The notes under the pieces are model-generated. The model ran no database searches, had not been told where the DNA came from, and worked only from the letters and a program-made list of their open reading frames with translations. From Eledone cirrhosa (lineage: Eukaryota), in contig OZ024741.1 of NCBI GenBank assembly GCA_964016885.1, forward strand, positions 152,954,001-153,018,000: a DNA stretch of 64,000 bases, given 5' to 3'. Both the position numbers and the translations under genes were made by a program. Shown one piece after another: positions 41,225 through 55,325 of the stretch. Each line of letters starts with the position of its first letter. The first letter of the stretch is position 1.

Positions 41225-42275
41225 TGGTCGGACGCCTTGCTTTTGCGCATAGAGTTACGGTCCTTGCCATTCTGAGTTCAAATCCCGCCGAGGTTAACTT
41301 TGCCTTTCATCCTTACGGGGTCGATAAAATAAAGTACCAGTAATGCACTGGGTAATTGCTGGCCTTGTGCCAAAAGTAGAAACAAATATTACTATTATTG
41401 GCTGTAGATTGGCAAAGTCGTTTGAGCGTGGATGAATGCTTAGCAGTATTTGTTCTGGCTCCTTCCGTTCTGATTTCAAATCCCGCCGAGGTCAACTTTG
41501 TCTTTCATCCTTACGGGGTCAATAAAATAAAGTACTATAAACGCACTGGGGTCGATTTAATTGACTTCCCCACTCCCCAAAAATTGTTGTCTAGTGCCTA
41601 AATCAGAAACCATTATTATTATCGGTGAATTGGCAGTATCGGTGGGGGGTCGGACATGCTTTCCAGCATAGTTACGTCTCTTTACGATCTGAGTTCAAAT
41701 CCCACCGAGGTTAACTTTGCCTTTCATCCTTACGGGGTCGATAAAATAAAGTACCAGTAATGCACTGGGATAATTGCTGGCCTTGTGCCAAAAGTAGTAA
41801 CAATTAATATCATCGTGGATTGACAGTATCGGTAGAGAGTCATCGCCATGTTTTGCGGCATAGAGTTACGTCCCTTTACGATCTGAGTTCAAATCCCGCC
41901 GAGGTTAACTTTGCCTTTCATCCTTACGGGGTCGATAAAATAAAGTACCAGTAATGTACTGGGATAATTGGTGGCCTTGTGTCAAAAGTAGAAACATTAT
42001 TATTATCGTGCCCTTTCCTTTACTCGGTGTGAACTCGACTCTGTTTTATTTTTGTTTTTTTTTCTGTCCTTGTATTGTCCCCAATGTCTTTGTTCTTTGT
42101 GGCAAATAAAAGAAAGGGCTTTACGTTCGAAGTTCAAATCCCGCCGAGGATAGCTTTACCTTTCATCCTTAAGGGGTCGAATATATAAAGCACCAGTTAC
42201 GCACTTGGGTCGATTTAATTGATTTTCCACCTCCCCCTAAATTGCTGGCCTTGTTCCTAAAGTAGAAACAATTAT
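41225..42275 (+). mobile_element. Cluster of five same-orientation family A SINE copies
   Basis: B-box/GCCTTTCATCC body at ~41280, ~41480, ~41700, ~41890 and ~42135. Confidence 0.85.
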
Positions 42276-43057
42276 TAGTTTCTTTTACTGCTATAGTCAC
42301 TGAACTGTGATTGTGCTGGAGAAACATATTCAAGGCTTCCGTCGAATTATATCGACTAAACTACTTGTTGATTGGTCTTTTACCGATTATGCAAAGTCGC
42401 TTTAGTAGAGTTCGATCAGTGAACATAATGAAAAATAATTACATACTATAATGATATTTTGGTATATATGTGTGTGTGTACTAGCCTGATACCCGTAAAA
42501 TATGATGGGATGTATAGTAGAATAATGTTTAATAATTCCTTGATTACGACATTTTATGTGAAGAGGTTAAAATCATCGAGTTTTCCTTGATATTCGTAAT
42601 CTTCTTCTTCTTCTTCTTCTTCTTCTTCTTCTTCTTCTTCTTCTTCTTTGTTTTTGTGTTGTCTATAACACAAGCCATAATCATCGACTCCGGTTTTTTA
42701 CATTCAGAGTTCAAATCTCAGCAAGGTCAACTTTGCCTTTTATCTAACTGGGGTTGATATAATCAACTTTCCCCTTCCCCCAAATTCCCGATTTGTGCCA
42801 ATGTTAGAAAGAAATTTCATCATCATTATCATCATCATTATCATCATCATCATCATCATCTCCACCATCATCATCATCACAGGCGCAGGCATGACTAAGT
42901 GGTTAATGAGTTCGCTTCACAATTTATATTAATAATTTCATTTTACATTCATTTAAATCCATTACTATAATTTCCCTGCATATTTTGCCTAATCATTATC
43001 AAACATAGATACCTTGATTGTGTGTACTCAAAAGATTATTTTCTATAATGTTGACAA

Positions 43058-44611
43058 CGCTGCATGACACTAATGTTTTTAGAAAACACTACTTTAGGTG
43101 ATAATAGTTAATTTTAGGGTGCTCTTTATGAATATGAAATCCGTTTTGCCATACCACGTCTACATTTTGATCTACAAGATATCCCACATAAACTACATTT
43201 TCAGAAAAAGTGAAAATGTTGTACTAAACTACTATTAATCACTATTAAAATAACAATACACTTAGAAAAAAGCTTACTACAAAAATGTTACAGCATTGAT
43301 TTCACTGTCAAGATCAGTAGCATGAAGTTCAAGAAGAGTAAAGCCAGCAAAGGTCTGCTATTATGCAGAATCGGCTCGCCTTTGGTACGTTGTTTCAACA
43401 GTAGTGATCATTTGATGAAATATTTCACCATGCTCATCACTGATCTTGCCCAAATCCAAAGGAAACAAATTTAAATGACTCTTTAGAAAGTGAATCTTCA
43501 AGAACATTTTTACACCCTGTGCATCGAATGATCACAGAAAGTCAGTTATGATTACCTTGTAATTCGGGCTTCGGTTTGTTCCTAGAAAGTTTTCATAAGC
43601 TCGTCGTTCAACTTCATTCAATGAATCTCAGAACATCTGAGTCTTCATCAGTTTGCGAGTATCTGGTCCAACGAACATGCCTTCTTTAACCTTTGCTTCG
43701 CTTAAACTAGTAGTATGTATCGAACGCTTTTATTCTCTGATCTCCATTCATGATGTGCTGGTCAATCCTGCCGCCTGTAGTGTTCATTTCGAGTCCAGTT
43801 ATCCCACAGTCACAAGAAACAGCAAAACATCGAGTAACCCTTTTTCATTCCAGTTGAAAAAAAAAAACCTATGATCTTCAAGTCACCTCCAACTTTCCAC
43901 ATGAAATCATCATACCTGATCAAGGAAAGTAACATGTCGTATAACTCTTTTTCCTTGGGTACTCATTCCCAGCATACAAAAGGGCTGTCTTTAATCTGGA
44001 ACCACTACCATCAATAAATAACCACCAATCTGTCTTGCTATCAGGGGAAATTCTCCATGCCATCATCAAACCAGTAATGTTCTTACAATAAACCAAATCC
44101 AGTTCATCATGTTTCGAAAAATTCAAATTTCTTCTCTCAGTGCCTGTGCACAACAGATTCTCTGAGCTTTATTCCAGCCAAGTAAGCATCATTCTCAGAA
44201 AGTCCCAACTTTCGAACAAAATGATCCAATTGTTCTTGACTTATCCTAGGGCATGAATGAGAAATTTAAAAATCCTTGTCATCCATTTGATCTTTACACC
44301 TGAGCTCCCGCAGTGAGAGTGTTCCAAAAATAGACATGACCTAATATACGTTATATCTACTTTTACAGTTCTCTCATTAAAAGTTGTTACAAAAAGAACA
44401 ATCAAAGACATTCTTAAAAGACAAATAAGAACACTTGACATACTGCATGCTACATTACATTTCTGTAAATTTAGTAGATCTTGTAGATCAAAATCTAGAT
44501 GTGATGGAGCCAAACTGACTTCTTATTCAGAATGAGCACCCAACATTAGCTTAAATGACCCTAATTAACTCTTGCTAAAGAAAGCTTCTTTTTTCATTTT
44601 GTCACGCAATG
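43058..44611 (-). mobile_element. Decayed Chapaev3-like (CMC) DNA transposon
   Basis: Remnants WLFIDGS...LK..LL..GN.YP, EAKVKEGMFVGP, M.LKIHFL.SHL..FP..LG.ISDEHGE.FHQ; imperfect TIRs (C..TGC.TGACA) plus subterminal inverted repeats. Confidence 0.7.
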
Positions 44612-44808
44612 TAATTACACAAAATATGAAAAAATTCCAAAACTTTTTCCTCGATTTGATTCAATGATTCATTTATACATACGTACATATATTTATAGAT
44701 ACCCATTAAAACCTTTTCCTACGATATCAAGCGTTAAACTATTCTATTTCTTCATTGTACTGTGTCGTTTACATTGTTATTTTTGTTTACTTTTCGCATA
44801 TATATAAC

Positions 44809-44862
<54 letters not shown>

Positions 44863-44866
<4 letters not shown>

Positions 44867-46785
44867 CTCTTTTACTTTTTTACCTTTTCCAGCCATCCAG
44901 CTGAGGCCATGCTGGGACACCGCCCTTGTTGCTACACATTTTATCTCCAGTCTGCACTGGTTGACCACTGGTGCAAGAGGTAGTTCGTTGCTGCTGCCCT
45001 TAGGTTTCCCTTTGCCTTGCTGTGGGCTCATCCGGGATCCTGGATAGCAATGTCTCGAGATGTTTCTTGAAAACATCCACCTCCACACCATGCAGATCTC
45101 TCAGATCCCTCAGCAACTTGTTGAAGAGTTGAGGGCCCTTGAACCCCAGGCTATTGCAATATCTGCTCCTTATTCTAGATGTGGAAGACGGGACCTTTCG
45201 CACCACCCAGTGACGTCCTGTTCGGGGTTTGGTCCAGCTCCCAATGCCAAAGTTTGGTGCTAGTCCTTCCAGGATTTTCCACATATAGATCACTGCGTAT
45301 CTCTCCCGTCTTCGTTCCAAGGAGTAGAGGTTCAGTTCTTTTAGCCTCTCCCAGTAGCTTATCTCCTTCATCGTCGCAATCCCCTTGGTGTAACTTCACT
45401 GGATTACCTCAAGCTTCGTGGTTAGTTTGACACTATGGGGTGACCACAACTGGGAGCAATATTCCAGGCGGCTTAGGACAAATGTCATCCATAGTGTCAA
45501 CATGGTGTCTCAGTCTCTTGTCCGGAAAGTCCTCAAGATCCAGCCAGCGAGTTGTCTGCACATTGTCGCCACTTTCATGATGTGTGAGGAAAAAGATGCA
45601 TTGTCGCTCATGTCTATACCCAGGTCTCGTACCGATTTCGACACGGGGATATCGGTTCCTCCTGGTCCGGCGTAACTGTGTTGTACTGTATTTGTGTTTG
45701 CAGGTTTGTATTGTAGCGCTTGGAATTTGCCAGCATTAAACTGCATGTTGTTGTCTTCCGCCCGTTTGTATATGGCATCCAGATCTTGTTGTAAAAGGGC
45801 AGCGTCAGCCGGGTTTTAGATTGCCTGTGCTACATTAGTGTCATCAGCATAGCTAGTGAGGGATGTATGTACTACAGAGGGCATGTCTGAGAGAGCCACC
45901 AAAACCAGTAGTGGTCCCAGGACTGTGCCTCGGGGAACCCCACTTGTTATTGATGTTTCCTTTGAGAGGGCCCCGTTTGCTGCGACTGTCTGGCTTCTGT
46001 CCTTTAAGAAGTCATGCAGCCACTCACCTACTTTTCCAGTTATGCCGGACATATCATTCCGTCGTCGACCTTGTCAAAGACCTTCGCAAAATCAAGATAT
46101 ATCACGTCCACATGTGAGCTGTCTAGCAGTTGTTTCAGTACCCAGTCGTAGTGATGTAGCAGATGTGTAAGGCAGCTTCTTCCTGGGCGAAAGCTATGCT
46201 GCGTGCTAGTCAGGCGGTCATTTTCCCCAAGTGATCAATTTCTTTCTGATGATTCGCTCCATGACCTTACTGATATGTGACGTCAGGGAGAATGGCCTAT
46301 CAATTTTGGCCTCCGCTCTGCTACCTCCTTTATGGAAAGGGCATATTGTGCCTTCTTTCAGCTCCCCGGGTAGTCTACCGCTAGCCAAGGAGCTTGAAGA
46401 GCGACGTCAGTGGAGTTGCTAAGTCCCGCTTACATGTTTTTAAGAGGACAGGTGGGAATCCATCAGATCCAGCAGCTGAGTCTGTTCTAACTTCATCTAT
46501 GGCGTATACCACATCCTCCTCCGTTATGTCTATGTGGTTGATGGTCGCCATTTCTTCATGGAGTGTTGTGGCATCAAAGAAATCCTCTGGCTTTGTTATT
46601 TGCATGTGCCTCAGTGGACATGTGAACACACTTTTGTACTGTTCGTTCAGAATTTCACTTATCTCTTGGGGATTCTCGGTTAATGAACCGTCTTTAAGGA
46701 AGGGTGGCCCAATCTTGCAGTGTACCGAGGCAGTCTCTTTTGCAAATTTAAAGAAGGCCTTAGGGTTTGTTTTGATATTTCATTT
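44863..46785 (-). mobile_element. 5'-truncated CR1-group LINE (RT pseudogene)
   Basis: SAAGSDG, YLDFAKVFDKVD, SGVPRGTVLGPLL, YADDT, MQFN.GK, SYWERLKELNLYSLERRRER; AAAAGAGTAA-type tail (a similar short tail lies at ~40730-40835, +). Confidence 0.9.
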
Positions 46786-47038
46786 TTGCCTTTCATCCTT
46801 ACGGGGTCGATAAAATAAAGTACCAGTAATGTACTGGGTAATTGCTGGCCTTGTGCAAAAAAGTAGAAACAATTATATATATATATAATGAGTTAACGGG
46901 ACTAACATGGGTTATACTGCTAGTAGCGGTTACATCTCAGCGTACTCAATAGGTAATGTTATGTAAACTCCCAGAGTATACTCATAGTTATTCACTTCAA
47001 TACAACACACGTGTGTATATATATATATATATATATAT

Positions 47039-47113
<75 letters not shown>

Positions 47114-47726
47114 GTGCGTGTGTGCGTGCGTGCGTGTGTGTACGCAAAAAGTAAAGGGAAAACAACACAGTATAGTATTCTTCTCCCCATATTTTTCACA
47201 TATATTTACCTAAACTGCGATTCTGTTTTTCTCTCTCTCTCTCTTACTGCTCCCTCGTTCTCTCTGTTTCTCTTACTTTCTTTCGTCCCCTCTGTCATGT
47301 CAGTTAACACTTTCTCTCTACTGACCTCTTCCTCGCACTTCCACTCACTCACTCACTGTTTCTCCCCTTCTCACTTCCCCCCCGTTCGCGACGAAAACGA
47401 TTTTCCTTCTTTCTTACATCGGATTCATCTCGAAAGATCTATTTCTCACTCGCTCATATATTCACCCAGCTTATACTGATAGAATAACTATGTAGCTTGT
47501 GTTTCTTCCTATCTTCGGTTAGCTTTCCCCTGTGTTGTTTACTTGTCTCACTCGCTTTACGCGTTTTAATTGTCCTAATAACTTATTTTAGTTATTATTG
47601 CACCAACGTGAGGTATATGATTTTTAATGCAATGAAATACCAATGACCGTTGGCAAATCACTGATGAGGGGCTCATTTTATAACATGTTATCCATGTACA
47701 ACCAGCAGTATTCTTCTCCCCATATT

Positions 47727-47782
<56 letters not shown>

Positions 47783-47960
47783 TAGTTAAGTGTATAACTA
47801 CAGTTACAGGCAGTGCGCCGGTAGAAGAAGTCGATGCTTTTACGATGTCCGTCTCATGTTGCGTTGTATTGTAGTGTTAATGCGGCTGTAATGTGCAGAC
47901 TATAAATAAAGTAAGTAGAGTCGAATTCAGTGTTGCAGCATACATATATAATCTTTATTG

Positions 47961-48050
47961 GCATATTACAATCGTTTCAATATCGATCAGCTCAGGGTAC
48001 AATCATAATGAGCTGTGTCCGACTTTTCCTTGACATCTGATCAGATATGC
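47961..48050 (-). ncRNA. HHR-like motif with core substitution (CTGATCA), probably inactive
   Basis: gcatat-CTGATCA-gatgtc...gatatt-GAAA-cgattg-TA-atatgc. Confidence 0.6.
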
Positions 48051-48098
48051 GATTTTTTTATGTGCCAAGACACACCCAGTATACATATATATATAGAT

Positions 48099-48279
48099 AA
48101 TTGTTTCTACTTTTGGCACAATGCCAGCAATCCACCAGTGCATTACTGGTACTTTATTTTATCGACCCCGTAAGGATGAAAGGCAAAGTTAACCTCGGCG
48201 GGATTTGAACTCAGAATGGCAAGGGCCATAACTCTATGCGTCAAAGCATGGCGTCCGACCCTCTACCGATACTGCCAAT
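48099..48279 (-). mobile_element. Family A SINE
   Basis: Reverse-complement match. Confidence 0.85.
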
Positions 48280-48872
48280 AATGAAACATCATAGATACAT
48301 ACACCCCATTATTTAGTATGCCCCTCCCCACACACACACACATACACACACATTATACCTAATGATGTTAGAGTGATTTCCCTTTGTTTATGAATAATAT
48401 TGTTGTTGCGTCATTCTAGTTTCAGTCCCTGTCCCTGTTACTATTGTTGCTGCTGTTCGTGCATATGTTTGTAGTGCATGGTGGCTGATAAGGCTGCTAC
48501 TGATATCATAATGGCGACGGCCACAAAAACAGTGATGATGCTGATGAGGATGACGGTGGTGGTGGTGGTGGTGGTGGCAGTGTGGAAGACTCTCGGCCAC
48601 CACATTCAGCTGTCAGTGATATAAAGCTCCTTAATACTATAATAACACCACAAAAAGAAGACAGTGGACGAAGAGAAAGACTGTGGACGCCATTGTCTCT
48701 AAGCTTGTCGTCTGCTTATCTATGGCGTCTGACTATATTGACTAAAGTGGTTGTGTATGGAGTGTGAGGAGAGAAGAGATAAGTGTAAGATAGAGAGAGA
48801 GGGGGGATGGTGGTAGAAAGGATGCTGGTGGAATTCATCGACAGGGAGAGGGAATGTGAATGTGCTCGTAAG

Positions 48873-48917
<45 letters not shown>

Positions 48918-49610
48918 TATTTCTTTATTAGCCACAGGGGCACAAAAGAAGGGGACAATAGATAGATAGATAGATAGATAGATAGAGAGGGAGAGAGAGA
49001 TAGAGAGGGAGAGAGAGAGAGAGAGAAAGAAAGAAAGAAAGAAAGAAAGAAACGAAGAGGGGGGAGTTGAGAGGTGAGAGAGAGGATGTGGTAGTAGACA
49101 GTGCGTTAGAAAGAAAAGGATGATGCAGCGAGAGAGAGAAAGAGAGAAGGAGAGAGAGAGAGATAGAGAGAGGGGGGGGGGGAGAAAGTGAGAAAGAACA
49201 AGGAAATGAAGAGGGATAAAGCGGCCCTGACGTTTATAGTAACCACTCCGACCTCTATCTCAGAAAAAGCTGGTTAACATCGTTGAGGTAGATGTTTAGT
49301 TTGAACATATGTAAGGTTACCTTAGTTAGTAAAGGAATCTTTCATGGAAACGGGAGGTGTTTCAGTTCGAGTGACGAATTGTCAGTTGTTTAACCGTGTT
49401 TTAACAATATATCTAATAAAAAAAACAATGTCTATGGTTTAACCATTTCGTTATCATATTTCTAATGAAAAACATGATTTTCAAATAATTTTGAGTGTGG
49501 TGAGTTGCCACGAAAGAGGGAATCTCCAGCACCCCTTGTGCCGTGTGTTGCCATATACGGGTCTTCGCCTACCCACTCTTTCCTTTTGTTTCTTTGTATT
49601 GCATATATAA

Positions 49611-49681
<71 letters not shown>

Positions 49682-49859
49682 AGCATAAACATTTTGAAAA
49701 ATCAAGGAATACGGAGGGATCTGATAATATAATTAACTTTCTCATTATTGAGCTAGGGTTTGGAACATAACTTAACGAAGAAGATACATAAAATTATGAT
49801 GGAAGGTTTACAAATAAATATAAACACTTTAGCACTTTCGTGGACCACTGGTCTAGAAT

Positions 49860-49902
<43 letters not shown>

Positions 49903-50732
49903 CAGTAGTAGTGGCGGCGGCGGCAACAGCAACAGTGGTAGTAGGAGGAGGAGGAGGAGGAACAATAACACCGTTCCAATGTGGGTTTGTTTTTTATCGG
50001 AGCTTTGTAGATGGGTCAACGGTGAGAAACTGATAAGAGCTGAGGTTGTTGAAGAGTTAGTTTACGTCTGTGGTTTAGTTTTGACGGTATCGTTCTTTTT
50101 TTTTTTTTTTTTTTTTTTTTTGTGATTGGCGAGTACTGGACACAGCAAGGTCGAATTGTTAAGAACTTTTCTTTGCAACCATAAGGTCCCGTGTTCGATC
50201 CATGCTGCGTCTACCCTTTATGTTAATTATTTCAAACAAAAAGTGTTGTAGGCTCATATAAATAGAGTAGCTAAAATGCTGAGAAGTGCTGTTATGGAAA
50301 GGGTCTCCCTCTTTACATGCCGTGACAGTGCCAGACACCTCCCACACTAGGCCTCTCTCAACGAGGTCATTAAGCCTAGTTCGGACGCTGCTGTATATGT
50401 ATGTGCAAGTATGTGTATATGTGTGTACAATGTGTGTGTGTATATCTATCAAACTATCTGTGAACCGTATCAGAACCATAACGCTGTAATTATATGGACT
50501 GATCATTACAGACGACATGTCGCCTGCTTCGTTTGTTCAATTATGATCTCTCTTAACGTTCGTTACACGCAACCTCTCTATAAACATATATACACAAACA
50601 CACACACATACACACACACGCACACGCACACACACACACACACCCAGACACACACAAATAGGTAGGTGGGTAAATGAATGGATGGACAAACGGACAGATA
50701 TCTAAATAGTTAAATAGAGAAACAGAAAATAT

Positions 50733-50785
<53 letters not shown>

Positions 50786-51189
50786 GTGTCAACTCCCCTC
50801 CAGTTGTAATGGATATATCACACCCGAATCAGATGGACACACCTTTGATATTCAGGAACAAGAGTAAATTAGTAAATACCTGATCAATCGGAGAGATAAG
50901 GTTGTCGCCAATTGTTTCATTGATCAGGTGAGTCTAAAGGCCGCTGATCACTCGAAATTGCGTCACTCGACCTTAAACACAGTGTGTGTCTCTGATCAAA
51001 CCATTGGAATACTGGAGGGTGTAACACATGGCTCTAGTATTTATAGATACATCAGAGAATCAAGTGAATGAAAACAATAACACCAATAATAAAAGATAAT
51101 AAAAAAAAGTATAAAAAAATAAAAATGATAAAAAAGTAAAAAATATGGTTACTGATAATAGTAGTAGTAGTAGTGGTAGTTGAAGTTAT

Positions 51190-51621
51190 AATTGTTTCTA
51201 CTTATGGCACAAGGCCAGCAATCACCCAGTGCATTACTGGTACTTTATTTTATCGACCCCGTAAGGATGAAAGGCAAAGTTAACCTTGGCGGGATTTGAA
51301 CTCAGTCCGTAAAGGGACGTAACTGTACTGCAGAACATGGCGTCCGACCCTCTACCGATACTGCCAATTCAATGGTGTGTAAGTAGATTACCTAAAACGA
51401 TAACTTGTTATCCCATATATATATATATATAATTGTTTCTACTTTTGGCACAAGGCCAGCAATTATCCCAGTGTATTATTGGAACTTTATTTTATCGACC
51501 CTGTAAGGATGAAAGGCAAAGTTAACCTTGGCGGGATTGAAACTCAGATCATAAAGGGAGGTAACTCTATGCTTCAAAGTATGGTGTCCAGCCCTCTACC
51601 GATACTGCCAATCCACCACCC
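51190..51621 (-). mobile_element. Two family A SINE copies (51190-51370 and 51431-51621)
   Basis: Reverse-complement matches. Confidence 0.85.
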
Positions 51622-51656
51622 TATGGAGAATAGGATTGGGTGTGTAGTTGTTAAGG

Positions 51657-52566
51657 TAGGCTTAAAATTGCAATGAGAGTAAGAAGAAAGCAAGAACGGG
51701 GAGGGGGGTCCTTTTCAGTTGTCTACTGGGGGTCTCGGATATTTCAACGCTTTAAAGAAATATATCTATCCACAGAGCGTTCAATAACTGGGTAAGTTAT
51801 TGGGAAAACGGAGGAGAGAGGGAAGGAAAATAGAAGGGAAAAGGGGAGAAAAGAGAAAACAGTGAAAAAAAACAACAAACCGAGGAATGTGCGAGCAACT
51901 TAAGGTAAGAAAATCCAAGACCACAATGGTAACCAAACCTAAGTTCGAGAGCGTGTGGGCGAACGAAAAGACACGACTGACCCCAGCGAGTGTAAGTGAG
52001 AAAAGGACTGCTAGAGGGTCAGGCGAGGGAAATATTGAGGTGGCTGACAGAGATAAGGTGAGTGAAAGTGAGAGGGAGAAAGGGAGAGGAAGAAAGAGGG
52101 CAAGAGTAGATAGTAACGAAATAGGTAGGTAGAAGGAGAGAGAAGACGGGTCACAGCGAAACATATATGGACCATAGGATACACAGCCAATCCTATTCAC
52201 GCAGTCCTTTTCTCACTTACACTCGCTGGGGTCAGGTGTATCTTTTCGTTCGCCCACACGCTCTCGAATTTCAATTCAGTTACCGATGTGGTCTTGGATT
52301 TTCTTACCTTAAGCTGCTCTCACATTTCTCGATTTGTTGTTTTTTTTCGCTGTTTTCTCTTTTCTCCCCCTTTTCCCCCTTTCCCTTCTATTTTCCTTCC
52401 CTCCCTCCTCCGTTTTCCCAATAACTTATCCAGTTATTGAACGATCTGGGGGTAGATATATTGTCTTTAAAACGTTGAAATGTCCGAGACGCCCAGTAGA
52501 CAACTGATGAAGAACCCCCCCCCCCCCGCGTTCTTGCTTTCTTCTTATTCTCATTCCAATTTTAAG

Positions 52567-52570
<4 letters not shown>
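51657..52570. repeat. Diverged ~360-bp inverted repeat (probable Penelope-like fold-back) ending at (TA)n
   Basis: Arms 51657-52011 and 52201-52570. Confidence 0.8.
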
Positions 52571-52648
<78 letters not shown>

Positions 52649-52655
52649 TATATAT

Positions 52656-52696
<41 letters not shown>

Positions 52697-52745
52697 AAGA
52701 AAGAAGAGTAACATGGTTGGGTGTACAATAAGGGCTTTATTTAAA

Positions 52746-52856
52746 GTACTGACAATTGTTTCGTTGATCAGGTGTGTCTAGAGTTCGCTAATCGCTTGAG
52801 GTTGCGTCAATCGATCTCCAATACATTGTTTACCACTGCTCAACACATCAGAGCAC
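52746..52856 (-). ncRNA. HHR-like motif with core CTGATGT and a long stem II loop (decayed relative at ~50900-51060)
   Basis: gtgct-CTGATGT-gttga...tcaac-GAAA-caattg-TC-agtac, between (TA)n tracts. Confidence 0.6.
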
Positions 52857-52867
52857 GTAGATATAAC

Positions 52868-52933
<66 letters not shown>

Positions 52934-52950
52934 ATGTATATGTGTATGTG

Positions 52951-53038
<88 letters not shown>

Positions 53039-55225
53039 CTTCTTTTTATTAGCCCAACCACCTAACCCAACGGTGCCTTTAGTAGAGCACACTCAATTGC
53101 AAGCACTTAGAGCTGGTCTTCGGGTTTGAAGAATGACACATGAGTGTGACAGGGTTCTCCTCCACCCTACACATTAGTTCAGAGCCTGTAAAAACAGTTC
53201 ATTAATATTGCTCTTCTTCTTCAGAATAAGCCATTAGAAAAATAGAAATAGAAATAAAAATATTATTAGCATCTGACGAGCCAAATTATCAAGTTAATAC
53301 AACCTTCCTATGTGATATGACGTTGTTGCTAAAACAACATACACTACCACCTGTAGGCGAGGGTGGTGGAAGGAAGGTACTTCTAATGTTTTAATGCATT
53401 CATATATTTCAACATACAACAACATACATTGATGGAATATTTCCATCAAACCTTTCACCTATTGCGTGACAGACCTGAGAGGGTTGTCTGGAAGTCAAAA
53501 CAGATATAACACACTATTATAGAATGGATGTCAGTCGGTTTCGACGATGAGTGTTTCGGTTGATCGATCAACAGAATAGTCTGCTCATGATAATAACGTG
53601 TAAGTGACTGAGTATTCCGCTAATAAGTGTGCCCTTAATATAATTCTAAAGTATTAGGTCGTCGAGTATGAAATTTGTAGAAATTTGTTTGTTTTTTTCT
53701 ACAAATTTCTACAAATTTCATACTTGTCGACCCAATAGATTCAGTATGATACAATGCCTGACAACGTCCTCTGAATTATAGGTGCAGTCCACCCGATGGA
53801 CTTCCAAACAATTTCCGTCTACCAAATTTCACTCACAAAGATTGAGTCAACCAGAGGCTATGGTAAATGACACTTTCTCAAGATGCCATGCTGTGGGATC
53901 GATCCCAGAACCAATTGATTACGAAACAAACTTCTTAACTATGTATCCATGCTGCACCTACATGTTATAGTGGTCAGCTCGCCAGTGACTAGAACCTCCA
54001 TTGAAAACCATTGTACATTTATAGGCAACTGCTTCGATCCCTATAACTTCACCCAGATTCTATGAGCGTATGGACTTGTAACTCCCGATGGAGTCATCGG
54101 GGGCGTTATAGTGATATACGACGTGTCTTTGGTGAGCTAACCTCTTCTCCAGGTCTGACGACAGCCGATTACTTTCAGAGAAGGAGATAGAGTAAGAGAG
54201 GGGGGTGAGAAAGAGATATAGAGGGGGGTGAGAAAGAGATATAGAGGGGAGTCGACCTTAGCACTGGACTGATACTTTTTTATCGACCTTGAAAGGATGA
54301 AAAGGAAAGTTGACCTCGGCGGGTTTTGAACTTAGAGTGGTCTGAGAGTCAAAACGAATACCGCCAGGCATTCTATCCAACATTCTAATGACTCTTCCAA
54401 TTCACCGCCTTCCACCCAGATTACAAATTTATTTTTCTTCTCGTAACCATTAGCGCATTAAGTTGTAATGTCAATAAATGTTTAAGTGTCGACTCAGAAT
54501 GACCGAATGGTTAAAACCATCGTTTTGCAATCTTGTGATCTGGGGTTCAATTCCACTGCGTGGAACTTTGGTCAAGTATCTGTGGATCAATTCAAGCGTT
54601 GTTAGTAAAAGTGGGTAGACAGAAAATCTGTGAAAGCCCATCAGATGGATTGTACCTGTAATTCAAAGATCCAACCTTCTCACGAAATGTGTCACACTAG
54701 TTCTAGTCGAGAATGATGTTAAGAGTACACGTGTCTGTGAAATATTCAATTACTTGCACATTAATGAGTGTATCGAGTCATCAGTTGATCGAGTAAAGGG
54801 TGGTCATCGTCGAAACCAACGAAGGATTCATCATCAAGTGGTAATAAATAATAGTCTTTAACATAAAGCGAACTTTGGGTTGTTTTTGTTAAAACTAAAA
54901 ACAAAAACAAAAAAAAAAACAAGAGCGGGGAAGGAAAACAAATGGCCACCACTCGTAATCGAGTCTGACTTGGTAGTATGTACCATAATTTATCTAAAGG
55001 TTTGGGGTGCCCATGCAGTCACGAGCAGATATAAATGCTCTCTCGACTTCCTTTGATCCAGCAGAACATCAAGTATGTGACAACTGGAAGGAGAGAGGGC
55101 TACACCAGTATTGGTTGCTACTTTCTTTATCGACTCTGAAAGAATGAAAGACAAAGTAGACCTTGGCAGGATTTGAACAGTAGAAGTGCCTGAACTACCG
55201 CCCTCTCCAAGAATTAAGAACCAGT

Positions 55226-55309
<84 letters not shown>

Positions 55310-55325
55310 ATACATACGTACGTAC

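Noticed and set aside
47630-47680. GAAA...CTGATGAG motif (similar order at 52476-52540)
   Set aside because: Cannot be assembled into a type I, II or III hammerhead fold
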